Notes: generated by a model not told the origin, from the sequence alone. A DNA stretch of 63,687 nt from Chiloscyllium plagiosum (GCF_004010195.1 NC_057711.1:72567175-72630861); one strand, 5' to 3'. Positions 49,743 through 62,442 are shown, numbered from the stretch's first letter. Numbers and translations: made by a program.

Positions 49743-49978
49743 TAATTTAATTATTTAACCTAATTATACTTTCTGACATATCAAACTATATAATTGAAGA
49801 GTCTATTGGATTGATCAACCAACTGATGATAATACACTTCCTTTTGCAACATAACTATTATTAAATCCTAAAACATATTGAATTAATTTGGTACCTAATT
49901 TAATAATAGCTCAGTTAAGCTCTTCTGTTATATAGTTTGATATGTCAGAAAGTATAACAAAGTTAAATAATTAAATTA
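49743..49978. repeat. AT-rich long inverted repeat / hairpin
   Basis: 59-bp arms 49743-49801 and 49920-49978 (53/59 paired, including a 30-bp perfect core), plus inner 12-bp stem 49855-49866 / 49898-49909. Confidence 0.92.
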
Positions 49979-49980
49979 GT

Positions 49981-50140
49981 CATGATTTGGAGATGCCGGT
50001 GTTGGACTGGGGTGTACAAAGTTAAAAATCACACAACACCAGGGTATAGTCCAACAGGTTTAATTGGAAGCACACAAGCTTTCAGAGCAACGCTTCTGCA
50101 TCAGGTGGTGCCACCTGACGAAGGAGCAGTACTTTCTAAG
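49981..50140 (-). mobile_element. PLE family 2 terminus with short fold-back
   Basis: catgatttggagatgccggtgttggactgggg... terminus; tcaggtgg-tg-ccacctga turn; decayed hammerhead cores. Confidence 0.85.
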
Positions 50141-51205
50141 AATTAGTTTTTAGAAAGTACATTTGTATTTTATGAATCTTCTTGAATTTTGGGATCTCAA
50201 ACATTTTCTCATGGGAGGATTTAAGTATGATTTATGTTGGAGTTCACAAAGGGGTCAAATTCAGCTAACAGTTCTACAGTAACTACTACAATTGTTAGTC
50301 TTAACTACTTGGGCCAAACTTAGGAATTATCAGAACTATTAGTAGTATCACTTATAAAACAGCTTCTTTGTTTATGACAGATTGGGTAGCCCTTAACTGC
50401 ATGCCAAAAACCAAAATGAACCAGAACCAAAGTTTCTTCTTCAAATGCAGCCTCATGTCAATTTCCATGGGAAATCTGTGATCCGAACACACCTAAACCA
50501 CATGAACCAACTCTGACCTGTTTCTGCTGCTAGTTTGGCTTCAAGCAGTTCTCCTTCATAACCATAAGAAAATGTACCCAAACTCTGTTGGGGTGATCAT
50601 TGTCAGAGGATGAGGAGGGAAGTTGATCACTGTCGGGGATAGAGACTAATCACTGTGGGATTTGGGGCTGATCACTGCCAGCTTTTGAGAGGGCTACCTT
50701 CTCCTGTACCTGGTAAATTTCAAACCAAAAATTAATAAGCTCTCAGAAAGACGTTTTGTTTGACATTTCCGTGCTAAATTTCGATCGGTTGAAATCAGCA
50801 CTCATCTGGTCAACTTGCTCAATGTAATCTGATAAAAATATTACCTCGGGTAAGCACCGACTTTATCTGAAAATCAAAATTATCCAAATTCTGATATGCA
50901 ATTGGTCAAGAGGTTTTCATAACAAAGGATACCCGATTTGGATTGTGTAAATAGATTGAAGATAAATAAGGAAATTATTCAGTTACAAAGTACTCCGCTC
51001 TCTTCTAACATCACAATCCATCTTGCTCAATCCTAAAATACTGTTGTCTACTTTTCTTCCAAAGGACAATTACATTACTGCAAAATGGAGCTTCTTTGCA
51101 GAGTAAATCATTGAAATTATAATTCAGTTTAATAATATTTAGCCAAAATGACTTACATTTATTTATTGGCTCATCATTTCCAATTAAACTACCATGAATA
51201 AACTA

Positions 51206-53662
51206 TGATTTGGAGATGCTGGTGATGGACTGGGGTGGACAAAGTTAAAAATCACAAAACACCAGGTTATAGTCCAACAGGTTTATTTGGAAGCACTAGC
51301 TTTCGGAGCGCTGCTCCTTCATCAGGTGGTTGTGAAATATAAGATCATAAGGCACAGAATTTATAGTAAAAGTATGCAGTGTGATGTAACTGAAACTATA
51401 TATTGAAAAAGACCTAGATTTCTTGTTAAGTCTCTCATCTTTTAGAATGAACATGTTGGTTTCACTTCTTTCATATGTAAATCGCAGAACTTCTTTAAAG
51501 TTACATTCTCAAGTGAGCTTTAACAATTTGTGTCATATCGGCCCAGATAATGCATTGAAGGTGTGAGGTGCCTTGTGTGAGACTGTCTGTGCCACAGTGT
51601 TCAGATTGATTCTAATCTAAAAAATGGATTACAGAATCTTACAGGGATTCATGCAGATTTTGAGAAAATAAAATGTAATTCTACAAGTACAAATTTAACC
51701 CACAAACTTATGTGTGTGTGTGCATGTGTGGGGGGAGGTTATGAGTGTCTGTGACAGAGCGTGTGTATGTGTGTGAGTGTGCGTGTAAAGGGGTATAAGT
51801 CTGTGATATGGTTGCGTGTGAGTGTGGGAGTGTATGTGTGAGCATATGAGACATAGCTTGTGTATGACAGAAGGATTGTGAGTGTGTGTCTGGGAGAAAG
51901 TGAGAACTGCAGATCAGGAGATCAGAGTCAAGAGTGGAGTGCTGGAAGAGCACAGCAAGTCAGGCTGCATTTGAGGAGCAGGAGAATCAATGTTTCGGAC
52001 ATAAGACCATAATCAGGAATGAGGCTTGTGGGTCGGGGCTGAAAGATAAATAGGGGGGGGGTGGGGTTGGGGGGGAAGGTAGCTGGGAAAGTGATAGGTA
52101 GATGAAGGCAAGGGAGAAGGTGATAGGTCAGATAGGGGAGTCATGGACAGGTCCGGAGGGTGGTACTGAGTTGGAGGCTTGGGACTGGGATAATGTGGAG
52201 GGAGGGGAAATGAGAAAGCTGTTGAAATCCACATTTATCCCATGTGGTTGCAGGGTCCCAAGGCAGAATATGAGGCGTTCCTTCTCCAGGTGTTGGGTGA
52301 TAATGGTTTGGTGGTGGTGGAGGCCCAGGACCTGCATGTACTTGACGGAGTGGGAGGGGGAGTTGAAGTGTTCAGCCACGGGGCGATGGAGTTGGTGGGT
52401 GCGGGTGTCCAAGAAATATTCTCTGAAACGATCTGCAAGAAGGCGTCCTGTTTCCCCGATGTAGAGGAGACCACCCTGGCTGCAACAGATGTAATAGATG
52501 ACATTGGTAGAGGTACAGGTAAATTTCTGTTGGATGTGGAAGGATTCCTTGGGGCTTTGGACGGAGGTGAGGGGAGTAGTGTGGGCACAGGTTTTGCACT
52601 TCCTGTGGTGGCAAGGAAAGGTGCCAGGAGTGGGGTGTAGGCTGGTGGGGATTGTGGACCTGATGAGGGAGTCGCGGAGGGAATGGTCTTTTTGGATAGA
52701 GGTGGGGAGGGAAATATATCTCTGGTGGTGGGGTCTGTTTGGAGGTGGCAGAATTGGCGGAGGATGATGAGTTGTATGCGGAGGTTGGTGAGGTGGAAGG
52801 TGCATCGGGGGTGGGAAGGTCTGTTGTTGTTCTGTTGGGAGGGATGGGGTTCAAGGGCAGTGGTGCATGAAGTGGAGGAGATGCACTGGAGGGTATTGTC
52901 AACCACATGGAAGTGAAGTTGCAATTGTGGAAGAAGGAGGCCATCTGCGACTTTCTGAGGTGGAATTGGTCATCCTGGAAACAGATGCGGTGGAGGTGGA
53001 GGAATTGGGAATAAGGGATGGCATTTTTACGCAGGTAGGGTGGGAGGAGGTGTAGTCACGGTCGCTTTGGGAGTCGATGGGCTCATAGTATATGGTTGTG
53101 GTTAGTCAGTTGCCAGAAACAGTGATGGAGAGGTCCAGGAGGGGGAGGGAGGTTTCCGAGATGGTCCAGGTGAATTTGAGGTCGGGGTGGAAGGTGTTGG
53201 TAAAGTTGATGAACTATTCAACTTCCTCGTGGTACCAGGGTGAGCTTGGCTACAGCTGATGGTGATGCCAAGGTTCTCCAGTTTCTTGTTCTTGGTGTGC
53301 ATGGAGGTGGTGTAGTTTTGTCGCCTTGTCTGTTTGGCAATGTCCTGTAATTGTACTGCTGCAGTGCAGGCTGAGAATGTGGACTCCATCTTAGTTTCAA
53401 GGTTGTGGCACCTGTTGTAGAGTTGATGCACCAATTGTTAATGCTCACTTGAGAATGTAACTTTAAAAGAATTCTGCAATTTATATATGAAAGAAGTGAA
53501 ACCAACATGTTCATTCTAAAAGATGAGAGACTTTTTTGCTATAAATTCTGTGTCCTACAATCTTATACTCCACAATCACCTGATGAAAGAGCAGCGCTCC
53601 GAAAGCTAGTGCTTCCAAATAAATCTGTTGGACTATAACCTGGTGTTATGTGATTTTTAACT
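51206..53662 (-). mobile_element. Composite PLE: family 2 ends (inverted) enclosing a family 1 RT-thumb/GIY-YIG segment (51893-~53230); 12-bp TSD
   Basis: ORF 52128..52805 FPCHHRKCKTC..NVIYYICCSQGGLLYIGETGRLLADRFREY (GIY-YIG). TSD atgaataaacta at 51194-51205 and 53663-53674. 53429-53662 is an inverted copy of ~51243-51530. Confidence 0.92.
51294..51328 (-). ncRNA. Minimal hammerhead motif (PLE family 2); near-identical cores at 57711-57745(-) and 53577-53611(+)
   Basis: cac-CTGATGA-A-GGAGC-agc-GCTCC-GAA-AGCT-A|gtg: stem I cac/gtg, 5-bp stem II, palindromic AGCU stem III. Confidence 0.8.
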
Positions 53663-53860
53663 ATGAATAAACTAATAATTGCTGACGTGATCTGTGAGAT
53701 ACCAAATCAGGTTTTGTTTCAAATTTCTTTGTTGTTGTTTGCTGTGTATTAGGCATTGATGAGGAATATCAATTATCTTGTGAATTACTTTCATCGAACC
53801 TCTGTTGAAATAAAATTCTATTGACATTTCGAGCATAAGACATAAATATGAACATGTGAT

Positions 53861-53988
53861 AAAAGCAAATTACTGCGGATGCTGGAATCTTTGACAAAGG
53901 GTCAGTTAGACTCGAAACGTCAGCTCTTTTCTCTCCTTACAGATGCTGCCAGACTTGCTGAGATTTTCCAGCATTTTCTCTTTTTTGG
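53861..53988 (+). mobile_element. PLE family 4 terminal insertion with decayed hammerhead
   Basis: ttgacaa-agggtc-agtta-gactc-gaaacgtc; inverted tail aaagcaaattactgcggatgctgg; decayed TSD aatatgaacatgtgat/aatatgatacatgtcat. Confidence 0.7.
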
Positions 53989-54344
53989 TAATATGATACA
54001 TGTCATCCTTTATCTAAGTGCATGAAAGTAAGTCTAACTTTAAAAAGTATTCATTTTTGACTTTCAAATTCTAAATATGTTTTCTAATGTCTGTGATTCA
54101 GTTCATACGGTGCCAAGGAGGTTATGTGTTCAAGTCACACTCCAGAGAGTAGGGGATGGATTTTCTCAAAATATATATTGGGTGAGTGAGCTTTAATAGT
54201 GGCGTGCATACCCAAAGCAGGATTCTTACCTCCATTCCTGGTACTGACAAGTTTCAGTGGCAGGAGATAAAGGGACAGGTGGGAACCCACATACTGATAT
54301 TACAACTTTACCAGCACATTTACAGAAATCAGCATTTTTAAGTT

Positions 54345-55762
54345 CTTTTTAGATCTTAGATTTTATGGTCACGTCTACTCAAGTACAGAAGTACAGGAGT
54401 ACAGTGAAAAGTGTATAATGTCACCACACATGGTGCCATCTTAGGTACCAGGGGAACTAGTTACAAAAAATGCTTGGGTACAAGGTAGTAACAGAAACAA
54501 GAGTTAATAAGTTAAGCATTACTTTATAGAATAGTAGAAAAATAAAGAAATAGGTAATAATTTACATTAAAGGCTTCCTTAGGTTAATCTCAGTAAATAA
54601 ATGAATAATTAGCAGTTCAACAGTTTTTGATGAGATTTCTGCTGATGTTGCCTTGCTGTCTGTTGATGCCACCACAGATACCATTGCGTCTCTGGAGCTG
54701 CCACCCCTCTGGTCGCCCCCGTAGCCTCAGGAACACGCCCAGGCAGGATCCATTCACGCACCGAGTGAAGACTCAGCCATGAGCCACTGAGTGACCAGCC
54801 GACATACCGCCAAGAGACCAGGCTGAGAGACGCTGAGAGATCAGGCCTGGGCTCACCACGAGCTGCTGGGAGACCAGGCCAGGGCTCACCACGAGCCGCT
54901 AAGAGACCACGCCAGGGCTCACCACCAGCTGCTGGGAGACCAGTGCAGGGCTCACCACTAGCTGCTGAGAGACCAGGCCTGAGCTCGCCATGAGCCGCTG
55001 AGAGACCACGCCAGGGCTCACCACCAGCTGCTGGGAGACCAGGCCTGGGCTCACCACGAGCCGCTGAGAGACCAGGCCTGGGCTCACCACAAGCCGCTGA
55101 GAGACCAGGCCTGAGCTCACCACGAACCTCTGAGAGACTAGACCTGGGCTCACCACGAGCCGCTGAGAGACAAGGCTAGGGCTCACCACGAGCTGCTGAG
55201 AGACCACACCAGGGCTCACCACAAACCGCTGAGGGACTGAGGGAGCTGCTGAGGGACTAGGCCAGGGCTCACCATGAGTCACCGAGAGACTAGGCTAGGG
55301 CTCACCCCGACCACTGAGAGACCAGGCCAGTGCTCACCATGAGCTGCTGAAAGAAATGGCCTGGACTCACAACGAGCCCCCAAGAGACCAGGCCAGGGCT
55401 CACCACAAGTTGCTGATGGACCAAGCCGGGGCTCACCATGAGCCGCTGAGAGACCAGGCCAGGGCTCACAATGAGCCACTGAGAGACCAGGCCTGAGCTC
55501 ACCACGAGCTGCTGGGAGACCAGGCTGGGGCTCACCACGAGCTGCTGAGAGACCAGGCCTGAGCTCACCACGAGCTGCTGGGAGACCAGGCTGGGGCTCA
55601 CCACGAGCTGCTGGGAGACCAGACTGGGGCTCACCATGAGCTGCTGGGAGACCAGGCTGGGGCTCACCACGAGCCACTGTGACAGCAAATTGGGAAAAAA
55701 TAGAGGAGGAAATAGAAGGAGCAGAGGACCTCCAATTGGAGCGTCCTACTCTGCCACCATCA
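54345..55762 (-). mobile_element. Putative non-autonomous retroposon enclosing the 33-bp minisatellite
   Basis: Minus strand starts gatggtggcagagtaggacgctcc and ends ttttcactgtac...gtgaccataaaatctaagatct, resembling 5' and 3' ends of Rex1/Babar-type LINEs (family assignment from memory, unverified). Confidence 0.45.
54836..55680. repeat. GC-rich 33-bp minisatellite, ~25 units
   Basis: Unit ~gggctcaccacgagctgctgggagaccaggcc(a/t); gctcacc recurs at 54851 and 54884; produces the 11-aa VVSPGLVSQQL repeat ORFs. Confidence 0.97.
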
Positions 55763-57621
55763 TGACCACATTTCAGATGTTCAGCAATCTCTGTGGAATA
55801 GGACTTCTTTTTAAGGCAACATTATTCAAATGTTCCATTATTCCAGCAGCCCCAGGGATATCCCGAACAAAGGAGAATTGTGACATGTTGTTAGGAATTG
55901 TATGAAATGTTGCAAATTTCACATGTAAGAATGAAGTGCTGTATCATAAGACATACTTTTCTTTAATGCAGTGAGTGGTAAGAGTGAGTGTTTCAAGAAA
56001 GTAAGTGACAATAAATAGTTTGGTTGCAAGATCATCACTTCTGACATCTGGCAGGCAGTCAAGGAATTGAATCGCACCGTGAAAGTGGATATGTCTTATT
56101 TCAAATATAAGATTTATGTGATTTTTATGTTTTAGGACTATATCTTTTTGTTTATAACAATTCCATAATTCCATTAAACGTGAGTTAAACTAAGGAATCA
56201 CGAGTCCTGTGCTGGGGTTTATCTGGCATTAAACCTGGGTGTTTTAATTGTTGAGGTTCAAATAGGAGGCTTAGATTGTTACATTGAAGTGAGGTGCCAA
56301 ATATTTCTAAAGTAAAACAAACGACTGCGGATACTGGAAATCTGAAGAACAGCAATTTCTGCTTTTGTGCAAAAATATTTTTTCCCAGAAAGTAATGATG
56401 GCTATTTCCAAGTCCACAATGAGAATACCTTATGTCTCTAAAACCCAGGAAAGTGTGACCAATATCAAGTCATCTATGTATTCTGGAAACTGTCCCTTTG
56501 TTACTAAGCTGAATGGCTGTGGTGATCAGTGATAGCTGATTAACATTTCTACTGGGATAGAAGGCTAACACGTAGCTTGCTGTCATGGACAAGGGGTTGG
56601 GGATGCCATTTTAAGATGGGGTACAGGTGTCCCTACAGACAGAGAAATATTATTGACAGAAGGTAGTTGTGGGTTTTGGACTTCTATGACCAGCTATCCA
56701 CTGAGAGGACAAGAGAGAAAATACTGATATTAACCAGGCCTTTCCTCAAATAGAGAAAATATCGAATCCACCAATCGCCATGGGAATTGTGGATGAGATT
56801 GTGAATAGTTAATTTGTGAATAGTTAAACATGTTTGGTGGATTTGACTAACTGGAGCTGCAGAGAAGATCCCCAGGAGAAGTGTTATAGAGGGAAATAGT
56901 ACTGGAAAAGGAAATGAACAGAAATTAATAGTTTGGTTCCAGGAGAATTGTATGTCTTTTATAGTGTAATAAAGTCTAAGTTGCCGACAAAAAGGATAAA
57001 GGACTTAGTTAATAATATTACTTTGACATTTGTCACAGTGAAATACAAAACATAAAATCTTGTATGGTATCCTTTTTCCAGCCAATACTGAAAGTTCATA
57101 TTTCTCTTTACAAGATGTTAGTATGCTTGGAGATAGGAACAAATTGCACTGAGTAATGTGTTCTGTGAAAGAGTGAAATTTAGAATTGATTATATACAAT
57201 GTGTCCAAAGCTTTGTTTTATTTTCCCTCTTGAAATACAATGCAGTGATCTGGCTGCTTCATAACTTAGAGAAATGGTTGATATCTTCAAAGGATTTATG
57301 GATTCCACTTGGCAGGGTTTGTTGACACAGTTGATCAATGTTTGGCTGTCTTTCAAAAAACATAATAGGAACTATTTTATAGACCCTAAAAAAGGAAGGA
57401 AACATAAGGCTGAACCTTAGATTTTTTTCAGTTTCATGCTGGTCACTGTGAATATTATGAGGGTTTTTTTGCTGCAAGGCTTTGCAAGATTTCTGATACA
57501 AAAATCACCTCCTTAACTACCTACCCCATGCTATGGTATCCCTCTCATCTGATTCTAGTCCCTATTTATCACATGCTGTTCTTAGAAAAACTCATCACTT
57601 AGTGGAAATCTGTCAAACGAT

Positions 57622-57860
57622 CATAATTTGGAGATGCCGGTGTTGGACTGGGTGTACAAAGTTAAAAATAACACAACACCAGGTTATTGTCCAACAGGTT
57701 TAATTGGAAGCACTAGCTTTCGGAGCGCTGCTCCTTCATCAGGTAGTTGTGCTGACCTCAAGGTGACCACAACCACCTGATAAAGGAACAGTGCTTCGAA
57801 AGCTAGTACGTCCAAATAAACCTGTTGGACTATGATCTGGCGTTATATGATTTTTAACTT
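57622..57860. mobile_element. Fold-back PLE family 2 insertion
   Basis: Arms ~57658-57750 and ~57768-57860, hammerhead core in each arm (left intact), ~36-nt tail, decayed TSD caaacgatca/caaaagatca. Confidence 0.9.
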
Positions 57861-58009
57861 TTCCAAAAGATCAGCATTCCTTGAGCCTGTGCTATTTTTA
57901 AAAGGCCATTGTGCACTAGAGAAGCATAGGCAATGGTAATGTTATGGCATAGTAGTCAAAGATCTATGCTGTTCACGGCATAAAGCTAACATAGAAATAT
58001 TTTTAAAAA

Positions 58010-58830
58010 GATAGGAGAGGAACAGGCCATTCAGCCCTTCAAACCAGCTTTACAATTCAATATGATCATGATTTATCATCCAACTCAGTAGCCTGTTCCC
58101 ACTTTTCCTATCCTTTGATCCCTTTAGCTTAAAACTATACTTAACTCTTTCTTGAAACCCTTAGTATTTTGGCCTCAACTACTTCCTGTGGCAGAGAATT
58201 CCACAGGCTCATCACCCCGAGTGAAGAAATCTCTCCTCATCTCAGTCCTAAATGGCTAGCCTCCATAGCATGCTGCTCAGACTGTGACCCCTGATTCTGG
58301 ACTCCCCAGTTACTAGGGATATTCTTCCCTAAGGTGTCTAGTCCTGTTAGAATTTTATAGGTTTGTATGAGACTCCCCCCTCAATCTTCTAAGTTCCCAG
58401 AGAATATAGCCCCAACCTCTTCGGTCACTCTTCATTCATCAGTCCTGTCATCCCAATCAAAACCACAGACAATACTCCAGATGTGGTTTCACCAAGATCC
58501 CACAAAATTGCAGCAAGATATCCCTGAATCCTCTCAAAATGAAGGCTATTTGCCTTTTTCAATACCTGCTGCAGCTGTTTGCTTATTTTCAGTGGTTGAT
58601 ACCCAAGTCTCATTGCACCTCCCCCTTTCTCAATCTATTGCCATTCAGGTAATAATCTGCCTTTCTATTTTTGATACCCAAGTGGATAATCTCACATTGA
58701 TCCACATCATATTTAATCTTTTATGCATTTGTTTACTCAATTAACTTGTCCAAACTGCAGTGAAGTATCTCTATCTCCACATTCCTCGCAGCTCATCAAC
58801 CCACCCTGTTTTGTACCATCTGCAAACTTG
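58010..58830 (-). mobile_element. Decayed CR1 3' fragment
   Basis: ataggagaggaacaggccattcagccc tail region; antisense SKFADGTK at ~58810-58830. Confidence 0.8.
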
Positions 58831-60425
58831 GAGGTATTGGTTGATATGGAGAGCATGGCTGACACTCTTGTATATACATCCTCATTGTGTCACCACCAGG
58901 CCACACAGATTATCCATCCTTAACTGCATTCTATCAAGACACCCTAAGTTAACACTACTCTGCCCTCAATGGCTATTGGGCACCAAATCTTGTCATTGTC
59001 CAGTTGATGCACATCACACACTGGTAAACAATTGGATGATTCGAAACATGAGCTTTTATTTACAGCGCCAAAACAAACACAAACATAATAAATACAAACC
59101 GCTGTCCACTTTCATAATGCAAACTGGATCCTGGCATCATGACCGATGACTATTCTATAGTCCATAATGGTCTACTGCAACTAGTTCTCACCAGGTGTCA
59201 ATCAGTCCTGTCTAGTTGGTAGTGTCTGACACAGCTGAGCTTTCTCATAGATAAGGAGAGCTTTCTCCTCCCCAGTGTCACCATCCTTCTCTTCAGAACA
59301 CTGCTCCCATTCATCTCATCGCATCTCTTCACAGCTCTCTTATTGCCTTGTTGTCTTTACCAATTATGCCAAACACAACATGCCAGAATGGTGTGGCACA
59401 ATCTGTCCAGATTATCCTGGCACTCCCCTCCCCAGACCAGTTCAAACAGCACAATTTCTTCTGGAGCCTTATCATTTGCACAACCACGTGTGTGGACTGT
59501 GCCTATGACAGACAGTACTGAGATCCCTCGACAGTCACTGGTCTCCTTTGACTGAACTAATATGTTCGATCAGACCTCTACTAAAAATAATTATTGGTAC
59601 AAAGAACCTGTCTTTACTGCAGCGTTAATAGCCTTAGCCTCTGGCTAAATTGCCAATGTGCTAACAGGCATGGTCTGGCAAGGCAAGATAAGTGATAGAG
59701 ACGGCATTCATGCAGACAGTTGTTAAGTGAGAAAGTGCCTAAGAAGCAAGTGAGCAATCCTAGTATGCAGTCTGGTCTAATCTGTGAACTGGGTGCCTGT
59801 CCCTGTATGGAAACATCCTTGCAGCCGGCTTTCCATGCTAATTGTTTGGTACACCCCGCAATGCAGGTCTGAGCTTTCTAAATATCTTACAGATGATCAG
59901 AGAGGTGTCATGTGATTCATGAGGGGTTCCAAATATCAGATGACAATGATCTTTAACAAGGAGTGTCTGTGTTTGTTGCCCACGAGTTGCTGTTGGATGT
60001 TGAACAACATGGAAGCTCTTTGCAGATAACTAAAATTGCTGGATACTTCCTGATGGGAAGTCCAGCCTATTCTCTGTGTTTGGTAAGATAGGAAACTGAA
60101 ATATCAATGAGGTGAGTTGAAGTGTTCATAAGATGTTTAACGAGGCATAATGCTCCTTTATTCACAAATCGCTGCTGCCTAATGAGAATCTCATCTTGTT
60201 GCTCATCAACTGAATGGAAGATGTAGTGAGTTGTTCCTGATGTCAAGATACAGGGCTCTCCATTTTCTTGAGCATTTCTGCCACCAATCCCACTTTCATC
60301 CACATTGTTCAGGCCCATTTACAATTCCACCCCATAGATTTAATTAAGCAGAAAGTGAAATTTCAATTTCCTGATCTGATCTGAAATACAAAGATAAACT
60401 GAGCAATGAGCTTGAAACCCACCTC

Positions 60426-61168
60426 ATAGAGTCATAGAGTCATAGAGACGTACAGCATGGAAACCGGCCCTTCGGTCCAACCCATCCATGCCGACCAGAT
60501 ATCCCAATCCAATCTGGGCTCACCTGCCAGCACCTGGTCCATATCCCTCCAAACCCTTCCTATTCATATACCCATCCAGATGCCTTTTAAATGTTGCAAT
60601 TGTACCAGCCTCCACCACTTCCTCTGGCAGCTTATTCCATACACGTACCACCCTCTGTATGAAAAAGTTGCCCCTTATGTCTCTTTTATATCTTTCCCTT
60701 CTCACCCTAAACCTATACCCTCTAGTTCTGGACTCCCTCACCCCAGGGAAAAGACTTTGTCTATTATCCTATTCATGCCCCACATGATTTTATAAACCTC
60801 CATAAGGTCACCTCTCAGCCTCCGATGCTCCAGGGAAAATAGCCCTAGCCTGCTCAACCTCCCCCTATAGCTCAAACCTTCCAACCCTGGCAACATCCTT
60901 GTAAATCTTTTCTGAACCCTTTCAACTTTCACAACATCCTTCCTGTAGGAGGGAGACCAGAAATGCACACAATATTCCAAAAGTGGCCTAAACGATGTGC
61001 TGTACTGCCATGGATTTGAATGAGTGTATGAATAAGAAGGGTTTAGATGGATATGGGCTAAATGCTGGCAAGTGGGTCTGGATTAATTTAGGATATCTGG
61101 TTGGCATAGACGAGTTGGACCGAAGGGTCTGCTTCCACGTTGTACAGCCATTTGACTCTATGACTCCA
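60426..61168. mobile_element. CR1 3' fragment (minus, 60426-~61010) joined to an inverted CR1 3' end (plus, ~61015-61168)
   Basis: ORFs EYCVHFWSP..LRGDLMEVYKIM and SRTRGYRF..EGYGPGAG; (catagagt)n tail on the left and gactctatgactccatga on the right. Confidence 0.9.
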
Positions 61169-61726
61169 TGAAGGCTCAAGACTGGCAATGGTGAATATTG
61201 GTGGCAGGTGTTGTACATTTAGGAGCACAGAGGATTGGAGTAGGGACATGGGGAAAGACGGAAGGTAGGGTCAGGACATGAAGGAAATAGGGAGGGATGG
61301 GGAACTAAAGAATTATGTCAGTATTGTCTAAATGTTTGTTTATCTCAGAATGTTGCTTTGCAGATTTCTTACAGAGCTCTGAGCTCGCATGCAGCATATC
61401 CATCACCCTCCCATTGAGATTGCCAGCTGAGTGCAGCCAGTACCACAGTAGCCATTAACAAGAGCATTCAATGAAGAATGCATGCAACACACAACATTGT
61501 TTCATCCAAGAATAAAGGAAATGCACGAACACACACGTAATCATGAATGTGCAGTAACTGTCACAAAGATGTGTTATGTTTAATATTGCCTCTGTTTCTA
61601 ACAGAGTTCCAGATATCAAGGTGAGATTCTTGCTTGTGAGCGGTAGGAAGCCCATTGACAACAATTATCACTCACTATCTTTCTTATTGTCACTAAATCT
61701 TGCCTCATTGATATGCAGATTCAAAG

Positions 61727-61850
61727 ATTGTGGTGTTGGAAAAACACAGCCGGTAGGCAGCATCGGAGGAGCAGGAGAATCGACATTTCAAGCATAAGCC
61801 CTTCATCAGCAATTCCTGATCTCCAGCATCGGCAGTCCTCACTTTCTCCT
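61727..61850. mobile_element. Short PLE family 1 insertion (inverted hammerhead arm + tail)
   Basis: gagaatcgacatttcaagcataagcccttcatcag followed by ccagcatcggcagtcctcactttctcct; decayed TSD cattgatatgca/cattaatatgca. Confidence 0.8.
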
Positions 61851-62442
61851 CATTAATATGCAAGTTGTTATTTGAGCATAGCAATTAGAACTAGATACTG
61901 GATAGAAACCAGATGTCAAGAATTCCCAACCTGAAAGACAGACTGAGTACCTGGCAACTCCAATTCTCCTGTTGTTCCTCTGGTCCACCAGCTTGGGCAC
62001 CCAGACCCAGCATCTATAGGGATTGCCCATACACAGTGGCTGCATACACCCCACAGACAATGGAATCCGACAAGTGCCAGTCTCACTGCATCATCGTGAC
62101 ACATTTCCAATCCCTTTACAGCACATTTCTACCCTTTAATGCTGCACTTCAGGTGCACTGGCAATGTTGGCTAAAATACTACTGCAAATATGCTTTGTGC
62201 ACAGTGACAAGGACCAGGCTTGGACCATGCTGCCTCTCAGAGTTCCTCGTTTGCTGATTTAGTACGTACACACCTAGCATCTATCTGGATGTTCATAACA
62301 TCCCTGTTTTTCCTTTGAGCATTTTCCACCTCAGCCAGAGCTAATAGATATACAATACTTCTGTCCTGATCTGCAATTTAATGCAGACACAATGAAGGAA
62401 AAAGTTTGTCAACAGTTATTAGTCAAGGGGGGTGGATAAACT

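Noticed and set aside
54899..55688. Repetitive proteins or CRISPR-like array
   Set aside because: A 33-bp tandem repeat with no unique spacers, no cas genes and a eukaryotic context; the ORFs follow from unit length and lack splice or start context.
55888..56990. Possible solo LTRs (TG...CA segments ~55888-56283 and ~56518-56988)
   Set aside because: No TSD, PBS/PPT or second copy visible; cannot be supported.
57265..57420. Open frame MVDIFKGFMDSTWQG...
   Set aside because: Weak splice signals, short and unrecognised; expected by chance.
58900..62300. Possible further Harbinger transposase scraps on the minus strand (HDARI ~59130, CVACILH ~61480)
   Set aside because: Motifs are too short and not in a consistent order; cannot be distinguished from chance by eye.
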